A stretch of 64,000 bases of DNA, taken from an uncultured delta proteobacterium (GTDB taxonomy: Bacteria; Myxococcota_A; Polyangia; Polyangiales; B10-G4). A program made the translations under genes and the position numbers. The notes below the pieces were generated by a model. That model searched no databases and was not told where the DNA came from. It saw only the letters and a program-made list of their open reading frames with translations. The DNA lies in contig CAVSGI010000021.1 of the NCBI GenBank assembly GCA_963727445.1, positions 32,001 through 96,000 of the forward strand. Direction: 5' to 3'. Of the stretch, positions 49,389 through 60,223 are shown in pieces; within the stretch, counting starts at the first letter, position 1; each line of letters begins with the position of its first letter.

Positions 49389-50753
49389 ATGCCTCGCTTC
49401 AGCTCAGCGATGCTTCTGGTATCGCTCTTTACGTGTTTGGCTTGTGACGACGACGAGCCGCTCCCGCCCGTGATGGCCCCCGACGCCGGCCCCGGGACAC
49501 TGATCCTCGTCGAGAACCCGGCAAATCTCCTCTCCTTCACCGCCGAGTGGCAGACCGAAGAGGCCATCCCGACGCGGATCGAAGTGACGTGCGAGGAGGG
49601 CTACCTCGAGAGCTACGAGGACGCCGAACCCAAGACGGATCACTCGGTGTTCGTCATGGGCTTGATCGCCGAGACCCAGTGTGAGGTGACCGTCGCGGCT
49701 TCGAGTGACGGAGCGACCACCTTCGTGCAGTCCTTCGACGTCGGACCGATTCCCAGCGGCTTCCCGCGGCCGGAGCTCACCGAGATGGTCGAAGGCGAAC
49801 TTCAGCCCGGGTGGACGCTCCTCGACCTCAACGACGGTGCCGACCTCACCGATCCGATGAAGGTGGCGCTCTTCGATGAGCAGGGCCGGTACCGTTGGTA
49901 CTACGAGATCCCCGTTCCGCGGGCCGGCCAGGACAACCGGGTCGCCATCATCGACGAGGGCGTCCTGGTGGGCGCGCGAGGTACTGACGTTCCTCGCATC
50001 GTCGATTGGCAGGGGAGCATCCTTTGGGAAGGCAGCTTCGGGATGCATCACGACATCCGCATCGATCCGCTCGATGATCAGCGCCTTCTCTACCTGACGC
50101 CCTACGCAGGGTGTCCCGGTGACATCTTCGAAGAGGCCCGCATGGGGGTCTGGGACCGGCGGACGGAGTCCCAAGTCGACGACTGGGCGCTCTGCGACCA
50201 CTACACGCCCACGACGAACGTCGCGGGCTGGGCACACTTGAACGCGATCGAGCTCTTCCCCGGAGATCCGAACGCGATCCTGCTCTCATCGCGCGACCAG
50301 AGCATGCTCGTGAAATTCCGTCGCGACACGGGCGAGATCGTCTGGAAGCTGGGTCCCGACCGCGACTTCGCGATGAGCGACGCAGACCGCTTCTACCACC
50401 AGCACGCGCCGGAGATTCAGCCCGATGGCCACATCCTTCTCTACGACAACGGGCTCCGCGACGATCGCGAGTGGAGCCGGCTCGTCGAGATCGCGTATGA
50501 CGAGGCCACCATGACCGCAGAGGTCGTCTGGGATTTCCGTCCGTCACCGGACATCTTCACGAACGTCTGGGGCGACGCTGATCGACTCGAAAACGGCAAC
50601 ACGCTCGGCACCTTCGGGCTTCGCAGCGGCGCGCAGATCATCGAAGTGACCAACGACGAGTCGGTCGTGTGGCGACTCGTGATGCCGGATGGATGGGGCG
50701 TCTACCGCTCCGACCGCGAGCCGATCCCGCCGCTCATCCGCTCTCTCGACTGA
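49389..50753 (+). CDS. Arylsulfate sulfotransferase (ASST) family lipoprotein
   Basis: TCLAC lipobox; HHD, WAHLN, SSRDQS, HQHA, YDNG, GDADRLENGN, YRS. Confidence 0.88.
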   Translation: MPRFSSAMLLVSLFTCLACDDDEPLPPVMAPDAGPGTLILVENPANLLSFTAEWQTEEAIPTRIEVTCEEGYLESYEDAEPKTDHSVFVMGLIAETQCEVTVAASSDGATTFVQSFDVGPIPSGFPRPELTEMVEGELQPGWTLLDLNDGADLTDPMKVALFDEQGRYRWYYEIPVPRAGQDNRVAIIDEGVLVGARGTDVPRIVDWQGSILWEGSFGMHHDIRIDPLDDQRLLYLTPYAGCPGDIFEEARMGVWDRRTESQVDDWALCDHYTPTTNVAGWAHLNAIELFPGDPNAILLSSRDQSMLVKFRRDTGEIVWKLGPDRDFAMSDADRFYHQHAPEIQPDGHILLYDNGLRDDREWSRLVEIAYDEATMTAEVVWDFRPSPDIFTNVWGDADRLENGNTLGTFGLRSGAQIIEVTNDESVVWRLVMPDGWGVYRSDREPIPPLIRSLD

Positions 50754-50770
50754 ACGCTTTCCCACCGCGC

Positions 50771-50799
50771 TTGACCACGCGATCACCGCGCGGCATAAA
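50771..50799 (+). promoter_or_regulatory. Possible sigma70-type promoter
   Basis: TTGACC-N17-CATAAA upstream of the second ASST gene. Confidence 0.35.
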
Positions 50800-50844
50800 A
50801 ACGTATCGACTCGTGTCGATCTTTTCTTCGTACGGGGGCCCTTT

Positions 50845-52443
50845 TTGAAATCCGTTCTGCGCGAATGCTCTGCAATCGCGATCCTCATCGCATCCGTCTC
50901 GCTCACCGGTTGTGGCGATGACGAGATGATGTCGGACGCCGCTCCAGATGGCGGCGGCGATGCAACCCCGGATGGCAGCCCGGACGGGATGACCGATGCC
51001 GCGCCGATGGCACCGACGATCACGCGAATCGAGATCATCGAGAACCCCAACAACGGGCTCAGCGCCACGATCGAGGTCGAAACGGACATCCCGACGACCG
51101 CCGTCGCCAGCATCAACTCGCCGACCATGCGCGATCTGCCGTTCACGTCGCCGCTCGGCACGTCCCACCAGATCCCGGTGCTCGGCATGCGCGCGGAGCA
51201 GGAGTACGGGTTCCTGGTCACGGTCGAGAGCGAAGACATGCTGACGGCCGAGGACGACACCCTCACCTATTCGTCGCCAGCGCTACCGGACGACTTCCCG
51301 CCCCTCACGACCACCGTCGGCGATTCGACGATGGTCTCTCCCGGTGTGACCGTGTTCAACGTCTTTCGATGGACCCCGACCGTGGACCCCGCATACGGAT
51401 ACCTCATCGGCATCGACGAGGAGGGAGAGGTCGTCTGGTACTACCGGACGGATCACCGCATCGAAGACATGCGCCGCCTTTCCAACGGCAACCTGGTCTA
51501 CGTTCGCCCGGAGGACGCGTACCTCGAGATCGACATGATGGGCAACGTCGTGAACACGGTGCTCGCCGAGGACGTTCCCACCGACAGCTTCCATCACGAG
51601 CTCTACGAGCTCAGCGGTGGGGGCTTCGTGGTCTTGAGCACGGAGCTCATGACGATTGGCGGATACGAAGACGGCACCGTCAGCTACGACGTGGTCGGAG
51701 ACGTCGTCGTCGAGCTCGACGCGTCGGGAGCCTTCGTCAACAGCGCGAGCTTGTTCGACGTGCTCGACCCGCACCGCATGCGCCTCGGCTTCGACTCTCC
51801 CTTCTGGAACCAGCGCTACGAGTCCGTCAGCTCCGGCACCAAGGACTGGACCCACTCCAACGCGGTGATCTACGACGAACGCGACGACACCTTCATCGTC
51901 TCGGTTCGGCATCAGGACTGGCTCGTCAAGCTCCGGCGCGATACCGGCGAGATGGTGTGGAAATTCGGCTACGAGGGTGACTTCTCGATCGTCGGCACGG
52001 GTGACTACATGTTCCACATGCACGGGCCCGAGCTCGAGGCCGACGGAAACCTGCTGATGTACGACAACGGAAACGGCCGGGAGGGCCTGAGCGCGGGCGA
52101 GTTCTTCACGCGCGTGGTCGAGTTCGAGCTCGACGAGACGTCGATGACCGCGATGCAGGTCTGGGAGTATCGGGGCACCTCCGACTACTCGTCCCCGTTC
52201 GTGGGAGACGCCGACCGACTCGAGAACGGCAACGTGTTGATCACCGACGGTGGCCTCGTCGCCGATCCTGCGGCGCCGGTCGGCGCGCCCGACAATCAGA
52301 AGTCGGCGCGGGTCGTCGAGGTCACGCACGAGGAGATGCCCCAGGTGGTGTGGTCGGCGGAGGTTCACGATGACGCGACCACCGACCCCGTCGGATACAC
52401 GATTTACCGTTCGGAGCGCCTCGGCAGTCTTTATGCGGAATGA
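50845..52443 (+). CDS. Arylsulfate sulfotransferase (ASST) family lipoprotein
   Basis: SLTGC lipobox; FHHE, DWTHSN, SVRHQD, HMHG, YDNG, GDADRLENGN; TTG start tentative. Confidence 0.9.
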   Translation: MKSVLRECSAIAILIASVSLTGCGDDEMMSDAAPDGGGDATPDGSPDGMTDAAPMAPTITRIEIIENPNNGLSATIEVETDIPTTAVASINSPTMRDLPFTSPLGTSHQIPVLGMRAEQEYGFLVTVESEDMLTAEDDTLTYSSPALPDDFPPLTTTVGDSTMVSPGVTVFNVFRWTPTVDPAYGYLIGIDEEGEVVWYYRTDHRIEDMRRLSNGNLVYVRPEDAYLEIDMMGNVVNTVLAEDVPTDSFHHELYELSGGGFVVLSTELMTIGGYEDGTVSYDVVGDVVVELDASGAFVNSASLFDVLDPHRMRLGFDSPFWNQRYESVSSGTKDWTHSNAVIYDERDDTFIVSVRHQDWLVKLRRDTGEMVWKFGYEGDFSIVGTGDYMFHMHGPELEADGNLLMYDNGNGREGLSAGEFFTRVVEFELDETSMTAMQVWEYRGTSDYSSPFVGDADRLENGNVLITDGGLVADPAAPVGAPDNQKSARVVEVTHEEMPQVVWSAEVHDDATTDPVGYTIYRSERLGSLYAE

Positions 52444-53566
52444 CATCACATACATCCTGATCCCTTCGATCGCTCTGGGACTCGCGTTCGTGGCCTGTGG
52501 TGGCGACGACGTGGCGCCAGCGGACGCGAGCACGGACGGATCGCCGGACGCGGCTGCAGATGCGACCCCGCCGGAGGTGCTCGACTATCGCGTGACGCTG
52601 CAGGGGCCTCCAGTCGTATCGCTCGAGGTCAACGCCGCCGACGCAGAGGCCATCCTTCCGTCGCTCACCGAGCTCGAAGCGACAATCCGGGGTGAGGACG
52701 ACGTGACGGCGCCGGAGGACCTGGTGGTGGAGTTCGTCGACGCGGAGGGCATGGCGTTCACTCCGTCGGATCAGACTTTTCGCAACGGCTTGCATCGGAT
52801 CACGACGAGCGTGGAGCCCGGACAAGTGGTGCGCGCGCGCGTGACGGATGCCGCAGGGAACAGCGCCACCAGCGACTTTCAGCTGCGGATCCCGACGCTG
52901 ACAGAAGCCCTCGCGCGCGACTGGGAGCTTCGATTCTTCGACACGGATCAGACGATCGTCAGCCGATGGACCACCTCCATGTCGGAGGATGGGACCTGGG
53001 CAGAGAGCCGGGAAGATACCGGCCGCGATCTCGGAGGCACGTTCACGGTCGACGGCTCGGGGATCGTCATGGAGGTGCGCTCGTCGATGGGCGGCACCGC
53101 ACCCGAGGATTCGGACTCCTCGACGGTGGAGGAGCGCACCACCGCCGAGCTCTACGTCGACGAGAACTTCTTGGCTGTCGCGCCCTACACGCGCACGGAG
53201 ATGAGCGCGGGCGGCATGACGGGCACCTGGGAGAATCACCGTAGCATCGAGCGCCCCATCTCCGGCGCTCTCGCCCTGGCAGAAGAGCGTGCGATCACGC
53301 TGACGCTCGGTGACGACGGGACCTTCACGGAGACCGTCACGGTGACCGACCACACATCGGGCTCACCGGTCATGACCGAGACCACGCGCTCCGGCACCTG
53401 GGAGGTCGTCGCGAACGAAAACTACTCCGAGGCGGTGGCCGACTTTCTCGCCTTCACCACCGACATGCGAGATGGGATGGCCGTGGATCCGCCCGAAGAA
53501 GAGCTCGTCGCGCATAAGGAGCAGCGTGGATTTCTGCTCCTGGCGCCGCGCCTCGCGGCAGACTGA
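52433..53566 (+). CDS. Hypothetical beta-rich lipoprotein
   Basis: AFVAC lipobox; overlaps ASST stop; GTW/DGTF lipocalin-like strands. Confidence 0.8.
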   Translation: MRNDITYILIPSIALGLAFVACGGDDVAPADASTDGSPDAAADATPPEVLDYRVTLQGPPVVSLEVNAADAEAILPSLTELEATIRGEDDVTAPEDLVVEFVDAEGMAFTPSDQTFRNGLHRITTSVEPGQVVRARVTDAAGNSATSDFQLRIPTLTEALARDWELRFFDTDQTIVSRWTTSMSEDGTWAESREDTGRDLGGTFTVDGSGIVMEVRSSMGGTAPEDSDSSTVEERTTAELYVDENFLAVAPYTRTEMSAGGMTGTWENHRSIERPISGALALAEERAITLTLGDDGTFTETVTVTDHTSGSPVMTETTRSGTWEVVANENYSEAVADFLAFTTDMRDGMAVDPPEEELVAHKEQRGFLLLAPRLAAD

Positions 53567-53610
53567 TCAGGCACTAAACCCGTCGCCGATCGAATCCACG
53601 ACGCCCTCGC

Positions 53611-55698
53611 TCAGTGCTCCTCGTCGCCGGGTTCGTTGGGTGCCGGCGCGGCCGGTGCCGTGTCCAGCGCCATCTCGCCGACGCTCGGACGCGGCGGGGG
53701 CTCGGCCGCGTCGGCAGCACGGGACATCGCAACTTCCATCGCAGCCATCGCCGGGCGGGGCCGATGACTTCGCCGCCTGGGCTCGGGCTGCGGCGCGGGG
53801 GGCGGTGTGATCTCCTCGGCTTCGCCGGCCGCCCCCGGCGCCTCCTCCGAGCTCGCGTCGACCGAGGCGTCCGCTGGGGCTTGCTGCTCGGGAGGCGGGG
53901 GAGGTTCCGCCACGGGGGCCGGCGCAACTGGCCGTAGCGCCGCGGCCACGATCGTCGTCGCGCCCGGCGTGACTTCGACCGTACGCACCAGCTCCTCGTA
54001 GCCCTCCGCGCTCACCTCGACCTCGTGCGCGCCCGGCTCCAGCCCGCCGATCACGGGGCCCGTCCGCGACCCATCGACTGTCACGACGAACGGTACGTCG
54101 ATCTGGGCGTCGATCTCGATTCGTCCCGTGGCAGAGCGGCCGAGCGGTCCGAAATAGACGGCAGCCCCCACGATCGCGGCACCGATGATCACCGCAGCCC
54201 CGACCACCAGGCCCGAGCTTCGCGCAGGATGGGCGGGGGGCGGCGGCGAGTCGGTCGGTCGCGACGCGCTCGGCGTTTGCTCCGGCTCCGCCTCGGTCGG
54301 CTCGAGCGTCTGCTCTGCCTCGACGCTCGGTGCATCGGTCGCCTCCACGCTCGCGTGCTCGACCGGGATCTCGGCGTCGGCCTCGGAGTCTCGCACGTCG
54401 GTTCCGAACGCCACCCACAGCTCCTCGAGATCGACGCCGGGCCTGTCGTCCACCTCGGTCGGGGCCATGCCAAAGCTGTCCGCGTCCTTCGACGCGCTCG
54501 GGGAAAGCGGCGCGTAGGGCATCGTCTGGTCGAAGCGCTCGGGAAGCTCGACGTCGATGTCGACCGAGTAGAACACCTCGGTGCCCTCGCGCGGCGCGTC
54601 CTCGCTCGGCGCGTGGTTCGCGTCCGATCCATCGTAGGGACGGATCGGGGCTCCGCGGATGGTCGACGCATCGCCGTCGACTGCTGGCTGCGTTGATTGC
54701 TCTGGCCCGACGTGAGAGAGGACGCGAGTCTGAGCGTCGCGGATACGCGCGAACCGACTCCGAAGCCAGCTCGCGAGCGCGACCGGGCCGCCCCCTCCGA
54801 GCGCGTCGCACACCTTTCTGAGCGCGGCCGCCATCTCCCCGGCGTTCTGAAACCGATCCTCCGGTGCCAGCGCGAGGCCCTTGTCGAGCACCGCCGCGAG
54901 AGATGCGGGCACGTCGTCACGGACCTCGCGGATCTTCGGGATCTGCGGATCCTGCGCTCGCTGCAGAGCATACAGGTAGGATTCTTCACGCTCGAACGCC
55001 TCGCGGCCCGCGAGAAGCTCCCAGAGGCAGATGCTCGCCGCGTAGGTGTCACAGCTCCGGTCGATGCGGTCACCGCGCGCCTGCTCGGGGCTCATGTAAT
55101 GAACCTTGCCCTTGAGCGTTCCTGCTCGGGTGGCGGCCGTCTGGAGCGCCGTCTTCGCGATGCCGAAGTCGACGACCTTCACCGATCCATCGAAGGCGAC
55201 CATCAGGTTGTGGGGAGAGATGTCGCGGTGGATCAGGTTCAGCGGCTTGCCCGTCGCGTCGGTGGTCGCATGGGCGTAGGCGAGCGCCTCGCAGACCTGC
55301 TCGATGATCCACACCGAGAGCACCATCGGGATGCGCTCGCCCTTCTTGTCGAGCGCCAGCTGGACCCTGCGAAGGTCGAGGCCACGCACCAGCTCCATCG
55401 CGATGTAGTAGAGCCCGCCGTGTTGGCCATACTCGAAGCTTCGCGCGATGTTGGGGTGGTCGAGGCTGGCGATGACCTTTGCCTCGTCGACGAACATCGC
55501 CACGAACTCGGGCTTGCAGGCGTCGGCGGGCAGCATGCGCTTCAAGGCGAAGAGCGCGGGCAGGTTGGAAGGCCCGCGAGGCTGCGCCGCCCACAACTCC
55601 GCCATGCCCCCCGTGCCGAGGCGCGACAACAACACGAAACGCCCGTAGGCCTCGGGCTCGTCCGTTGCCAGGGAGGCCATGGTCACAGATTGCCGCAT
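53611..55698 (-). CDS. Membrane Ser/Thr protein kinase with PEGA domain
   Basis: LGTGGMA, ALKR, HRDISPHN, DFGIAK, YMSPEQ; TM helix; PEGA-like segment; start may be 55680. Confidence 0.93.
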   Translation of the reverse strand: MRQSVTMASLATDEPEAYGRFVLLSRLGTGGMAELWAAQPRGPSNLPALFALKRMLPADACKPEFVAMFVDEAKVIASLDHPNIARSFEYGQHGGLYYIAMELVRGLDLRRVQLALDKKGERIPMVLSVWIIEQVCEALAYAHATTDATGKPLNLIHRDISPHNLMVAFDGSVKVVDFGIAKTALQTAATRAGTLKGKVHYMSPEQARGDRIDRSCDTYAASICLWELLAGREAFEREESYLYALQRAQDPQIPKIREVRDDVPASLAAVLDKGLALAPEDRFQNAGEMAAALRKVCDALGGGGPVALASWLRSRFARIRDAQTRVLSHVGPEQSTQPAVDGDASTIRGAPIRPYDGSDANHAPSEDAPREGTEVFYSVDIDVELPERFDQTMPYAPLSPSASKDADSFGMAPTEVDDRPGVDLEELWVAFGTDVRDSEADAEIPVEHASVEATDAPSVEAEQTLEPTEAEPEQTPSASRPTDSPPPPAHPARSSGLVVGAAVIIGAAIVGAAVYFGPLGRSATGRIEIDAQIDVPFVVTVDGSRTGPVIGGLEPGAHEVEVSAEGYEELVRTVEVTPGATTIVAAALRPVAPAPVAEPPPPPEQQAPADASVDASSEEAPGAAGEAEEITPPPAPQPEPRRRSHRPRPAMAAMEVAMSRAADAAEPPPRPSVGEMALDTAPAAPAPNEPGDEEH

Positions 55699-55755
55699 GG
55701 CCGCTGCCCGGCCAACTACCTGCGCCTGTTTCTGGGTTCCGAGCCGAGCGAGTCG

Positions 55756-56811
55756 TCAGCGCACGAGGGGCGCGATCGCGTCGTACCAGCGCGCCGCGAT
55801 GGCCTGGTAGCCGCTCTCGTTCGGGTGCAGACGGTCGGAGGAGAGGTCGGGTGATTCGCCGTCGGACGTGATCCGGATCGCACTGTAGGTGTTGACCAGG
55901 CGGACGTTGCGACCCACCTCGCGGTGCGCGCGCACGATGGAGGTGACCGCATGGTTGAACGGGATGACGCCGTCGCGGTTGTTCGTACCGACGAGGTTCG
56001 GCGTGACCAGGCCGACGACGACCAGGCTCTTGCTCGGCAGCGCGGTGAGAAGCTCGTCGAGGAGATAGGAAAAGCGCAACGCCGCCCCTTCGCGGATCCC
56101 GCTCCCAGCGCGCACATCGTTGGCTCCGACCATCAGGAGCACGATGTGCGGCATCACGTGAGCGCCTCCGGGCGCGTCGGTCACGCGCGAGAGGAAGTTC
56201 CCGATGCTCCCCGGGCATTCGGTGTCTTCCCGCGCGCGGAACGCGTTGATGTCCCAGCCGGGATGGCCATCGTGTTGCCCGATCTCCGGAACCCCTCTGG
56301 AGTCGCAGTAGGCCGGCCGGATCGGCGGATCGCGGCTGGGCGGGATCTGACACCGGCCGCTGAAGCCTGGACACGCGCCCACGTAGGCGAAGGTCTTGCC
56401 TGCGTCGAGGAGCGAGCGGCGGAGATACCTCCGATACCCGCCGCTCGAGATATGACCGTCCGGCGTCGCGCGCATCCCGAAGGTGATCGAGTCTCCCATC
56501 GCCAGGATCCGGCACGGCTCCGGCAGCGCGGGACAGGGTCCATCGACCTCGCCCGGCTCGGACAACGATTCATCGGGACCGTCTGCCGGCGCGCCCCCGC
56601 TCGACGGCTCGCCGCCGCTCGACGGCTCGCCGGCGGACGACGACCCCTCGCCCGACTCTGCGAAGCGCGACTCGTCCGGGGCGGACCCGGCATCGGAGGA
56701 CGGGTCGCCTCCGCCGACGACCGCGTCCTCTTCGAAGCCTCCGTCCGAGACCTCCGGCAGCGTGGTCGGGGTGGCGCAGGCGACTGCGAGCAGGAGAAGC
56801 CCGACCGCCAT
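55756..56811 (-). CDS. SGNH/GDSL hydrolase lipoprotein (CE3-like)
   Basis: GDSITFG, GGYR, HDGHPG, GAND, DRLHPN; LAVAC lipobox. Confidence 0.9.
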   Translation of the reverse strand: MAVGLLLLAVACATPTTLPEVSDGGFEEDAVVGGGDPSSDAGSAPDESRFAESGEGSSSAGEPSSGGEPSSGGAPADGPDESLSEPGEVDGPCPALPEPCRILAMGDSITFGMRATPDGHISSGGYRRYLRRSLLDAGKTFAYVGACPGFSGRCQIPPSRDPPIRPAYCDSRGVPEIGQHDGHPGWDINAFRAREDTECPGSIGNFLSRVTDAPGGAHVMPHIVLLMVGANDVRAGSGIREGAALRFSYLLDELLTALPSKSLVVVGLVTPNLVGTNNRDGVIPFNHAVTSIVRAHREVGRNVRLVNTYSAIRITSDGESPDLSSDRLHPNESGYQAIAARWYDAIAPLVR

Positions 56812-57062
56812 CACTCGGCATAGCGTGAATCGGGGCCTCGTGAGAAGCAGTGGTCGAATCTCGCGCATCGTCAGAACCTCCAGCGTTCAGCGCGGGGTTT
56901 CGCAACTATCGCGCCGGACCCGTTTCCCCGGCGTTCCCGGCGTCCTGCGCGAGGGTTGTGCAAGCGTGGCACTACCCGTCGGGGCGAGCCGACCCCAGCA
57001 AGGACGAGCCCATGCGCGGCGACCGCGCTCGATGGCGATCACACCTCCTCTCTGCACCAAGG

Positions 57063-57645
57063 CTAACGTGAGTGGATCGACTCGCCGCGCTCGCACATCG
57101 CGACGAACTTCGCGACGCGGCGCGCGCGCGTGTCCGCGCGCTTCGCCTCTTGGAGACGGTAGAGGATTGCGTAGCGGTTCTGCGAGCTCAGCGTGGCGAA
57201 GAAGGCGCGGGCCTTCGGACACTCGTCGAGCGCCGCGCGGAGATCGTCCGGCACGGTCGCTGTCGCGTGCGAGTCGTAGGCCTTCTCCCACTGCCCATTC
57301 GCCTTGGCCTGCGCGATCGCTGCGAGCCCGGCCGGCATCATCCGGCCCGCCTCGATCAGCGCCGTGACCTTGGCCACGTTCCTCTTCGACCACCGGCTCC
57401 GCGGACCCCGCGGCGTGAAGCGCTGCAGCGAGTAGTCCGCGTCGAACGCCCGCTTCTGACTGTCGATCCAACCAAACCGAAGCGCCTCTTCGAGCGCCTC
57501 CGCATACGACGGGCCGCGCTTACCGCTCCGCTTCTTCGGGATCTTCGAGCCAGATCCCCGCGCTCTTCGCGTGCTGCTTCTCGAGCCACGCGCCGAATGC
57601 CGCCGCCGAAGCGAATCCTCGCACCGGTAATTCGTCCTTCGCCAT
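57063..57645 (-). CDS. YdeI/OmpD-associated family protein, one frameshift
   Basis: FASAAAFGAWL..GIWL, then (extra G near 57546) KIPKK..ALRFGWIDS..FTPR..WSKRN..VPDDL. Confidence 0.88.
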
Positions 57646-57970
57646 CGGGCGAGGATACATCGACGGTTGGCAGGAGATGACAACGGGAAGTGAGATCAGT
57701 TCGTCGAGCGTCGACGTGCCGCCGATGTCGATGTCGCACCCACCGCGGGTGTCGCCTGGCACGCACACGCCTTCACCCGCGTAGGTAGCGCCGCCGTCCG
57801 TCGAGCCGCCGTCCATCGTGCCGCTCGCTCGCGCCGCCGTCGCTCGCGCCGCCTCCATCGCTACGGATGTGGCAAAGCACCACCACGACCAATCGACGCC
57901 AATCTAACATGCATCGCGGCACCCGGGAACGCGCCTCTTGCTCGGGGGCGGTGCTGGTAGCATGTGGTGG

Positions 57971-60223
57971 ATGTCTCGACGCTCCCGCTCCGCGCCTGTC
58001 TTCTCTCCGTTCCTGTTCACGTTCTTCGCGGCCGCGCTCGCAAGCATCGGTGGTTGCGACTGCGGCGGCACGGCGGAGACGCAGTGCGTGTCGTCCACCG
58101 AATGCGCGACCGGCGAGACCTGCGTCGACGGTGTCTGCACGCCCGAGGCCGACGGGTCGACGCGCGACGGCGCGCCCGACGGAACGCCGCGCGTCGACGC
58201 CGGACCGACGACCTTCGTGATCGACCCCGCAGACCCCGTGATCGACGCCGACGGGACGCCCACGTCGGTTACGCTCTCGGCGCTCCTCGACGGCGTGGCG
58301 GTGCCGGAGGCGGCGTGGCTCGTCGACGACGTGGTGATCGGAACCATCGGCTCTGGCGGCGTGTACACCGCGAACGGTTTGGTGGCGGGAGTCGCGACGG
58401 TGACCGCCCGTTATGGCGACCTCGAGGCGACTACGACGGTGACCGTGCACGTGAACGCGAGCGTGAACTCGGCGGGGTTGTCGACCGCGGACATGGACGC
58501 GCTCCGAGCTGGCGGAACCGACGATGCAGCCTTCGAACTGCTCTACCCCTACGATGCGACCGTCTTCCCGCGTGGGCTCCCGTCGCCGCTCTTTCAGCTC
58601 GCAGGTGGCGGCGCTGACGCAGCGCGCATCAAGGTCGACATCGAGCGCGTCGACTTCCACTACGAAGTCTTCGTGGCCGGCGGTACGCCGCTCCAGGTCG
58701 CGCTCCCCGAGGACGCGTGGGCGGGCGCGGCGTCGAGCGCGGGCGCAACCGACGACGTCGCGGTCGGCGTGACGCAAGATCCGCGGAGGCGCGGTCACCG
58801 GGCCGGCAACCGAGACGCTCCACATCGCGCCCGGCCAGATCGCCGGCAGCATCTACTACAACTCGTACAACTCGCATCTCGCGAGCGGGGGCGCGATCCT
58901 TCGAGTGCCGCTCGGCGGAACGGCCGAGGTCGTCCAGGCCGGGTGCACGGTGTGCCACTCCGTCAGCGCGCAGGGCAATCGGATCGCGACCGGGCTCAAC
59001 TGGAGCGGCAACGATGACGGTCACGGGGACGGGCAACCCGATTCAGAGCGGCACGCTCGACCTCGACGTGGCTGGCGCGGCGACCGCGCGCTGGACGGAT
59101 GGCGACGGGCGCCGGTACTCGTTCGGTGCGTTGACGCCCGACGGCGCGCGGATGATCTCGAACGCCGTCCCGCCCGACAACCGCATCCGAGGCCTCTCGG
59201 GGACGATGCCATCGCGCATGTGGGACACGTCGACCGGCGACGAGATCCCGGCGCCGAGCTTCACCGACGTCGTCAGCTACGCGGTCACCCCGCAGTTCGC
59301 GCCGGACGCGACGGCGCTCGCGTTCAGCTGGTTCTCGTCGGGCGGCGCGGACAACGGGCGCGTGCTCGCCGTCATGTCGTACGACGGCACGTCGTCTCCA
59401 CCGCTCTTCGGTGCGCCACGGCGCGTGGTGACGGTCACCGACACGTCACACATCGCGGGCTGGCCGAGCTTCACGCCCGACGGTCTCGCAGTCGTGTACG
59501 AGGAGAGCACGGCGTTCGACACGTCGCTGATGGGCGGCGTCGGCAACCCGAACCGGCCGGTGTCGTCGGACCTGCGCCTCGTCGATCTGTCGAGCTGCGA
59601 CGGGTCGGCAGAGGCGTGTGCGGTGTCCACGCTCGACGTGTTGAACGGGTATGCTTCGGGCGCGTTCTACCCGCCCTACGGCGAAGCCGAGGAGGCGCAT
59701 TCGAACTACGAGCCCACCGTCCTGCCCATCGCGATCGGCGGGTATTACTGGGTCGTGTTCACGAGCCGCCGCTGCTATGGCAACACGCTCGCGCCCGGCG
59801 GCACGGTGGCCGGCGGCGACGACCGGTGGGGCTACCAAGCGAGCGACGGTGGCGAGCACCCGAGCGTGCGAAAGAAGCTCTGGATCGCCGCGATCGACAT
59901 CACCGGCGGCCCGGGCACCGATCGCAGCCACCCACCGTTCTATCTGCCCGGCCAAGAGCTCGAGTCGGGCAACATGCGCGGTTTCGCGGCGCTCGATCCA
60001 TGCAAGCCGGATGGGGACTCGTGCGCGTCGGCGGCCGAGTGCTGCGGTGGCTTCTGCCGCGCGACCGAGCCCGAGGGTGGCGGGGAGCCCGAGCTTGCTC
60101 TGCGTGCCACCGCCGCCGGGGTGCTCCGAGGAGCTCGAAGCGTGCACGACGGACGCGGACTGCTGTGGCGTGTCGATGGGCACGCGCTGCATCAACAATC
60201 ACTGCGCCCAAACGCTGATCTGA
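57971..60223 (+). CDS. Large myxobacterial TolB-like beta-propeller lipoprotein, three frameshifts
   Basis: GGCDCG lipobox; LYPYDATVFPRGL; IYYNSY; GCTVCH; GGYYWVVFTSRR; KKLWIAAID..SHPPFYLPGQ; Cys-rich tail; shifts near 58780, 59020, 60095. Confidence 0.8.
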
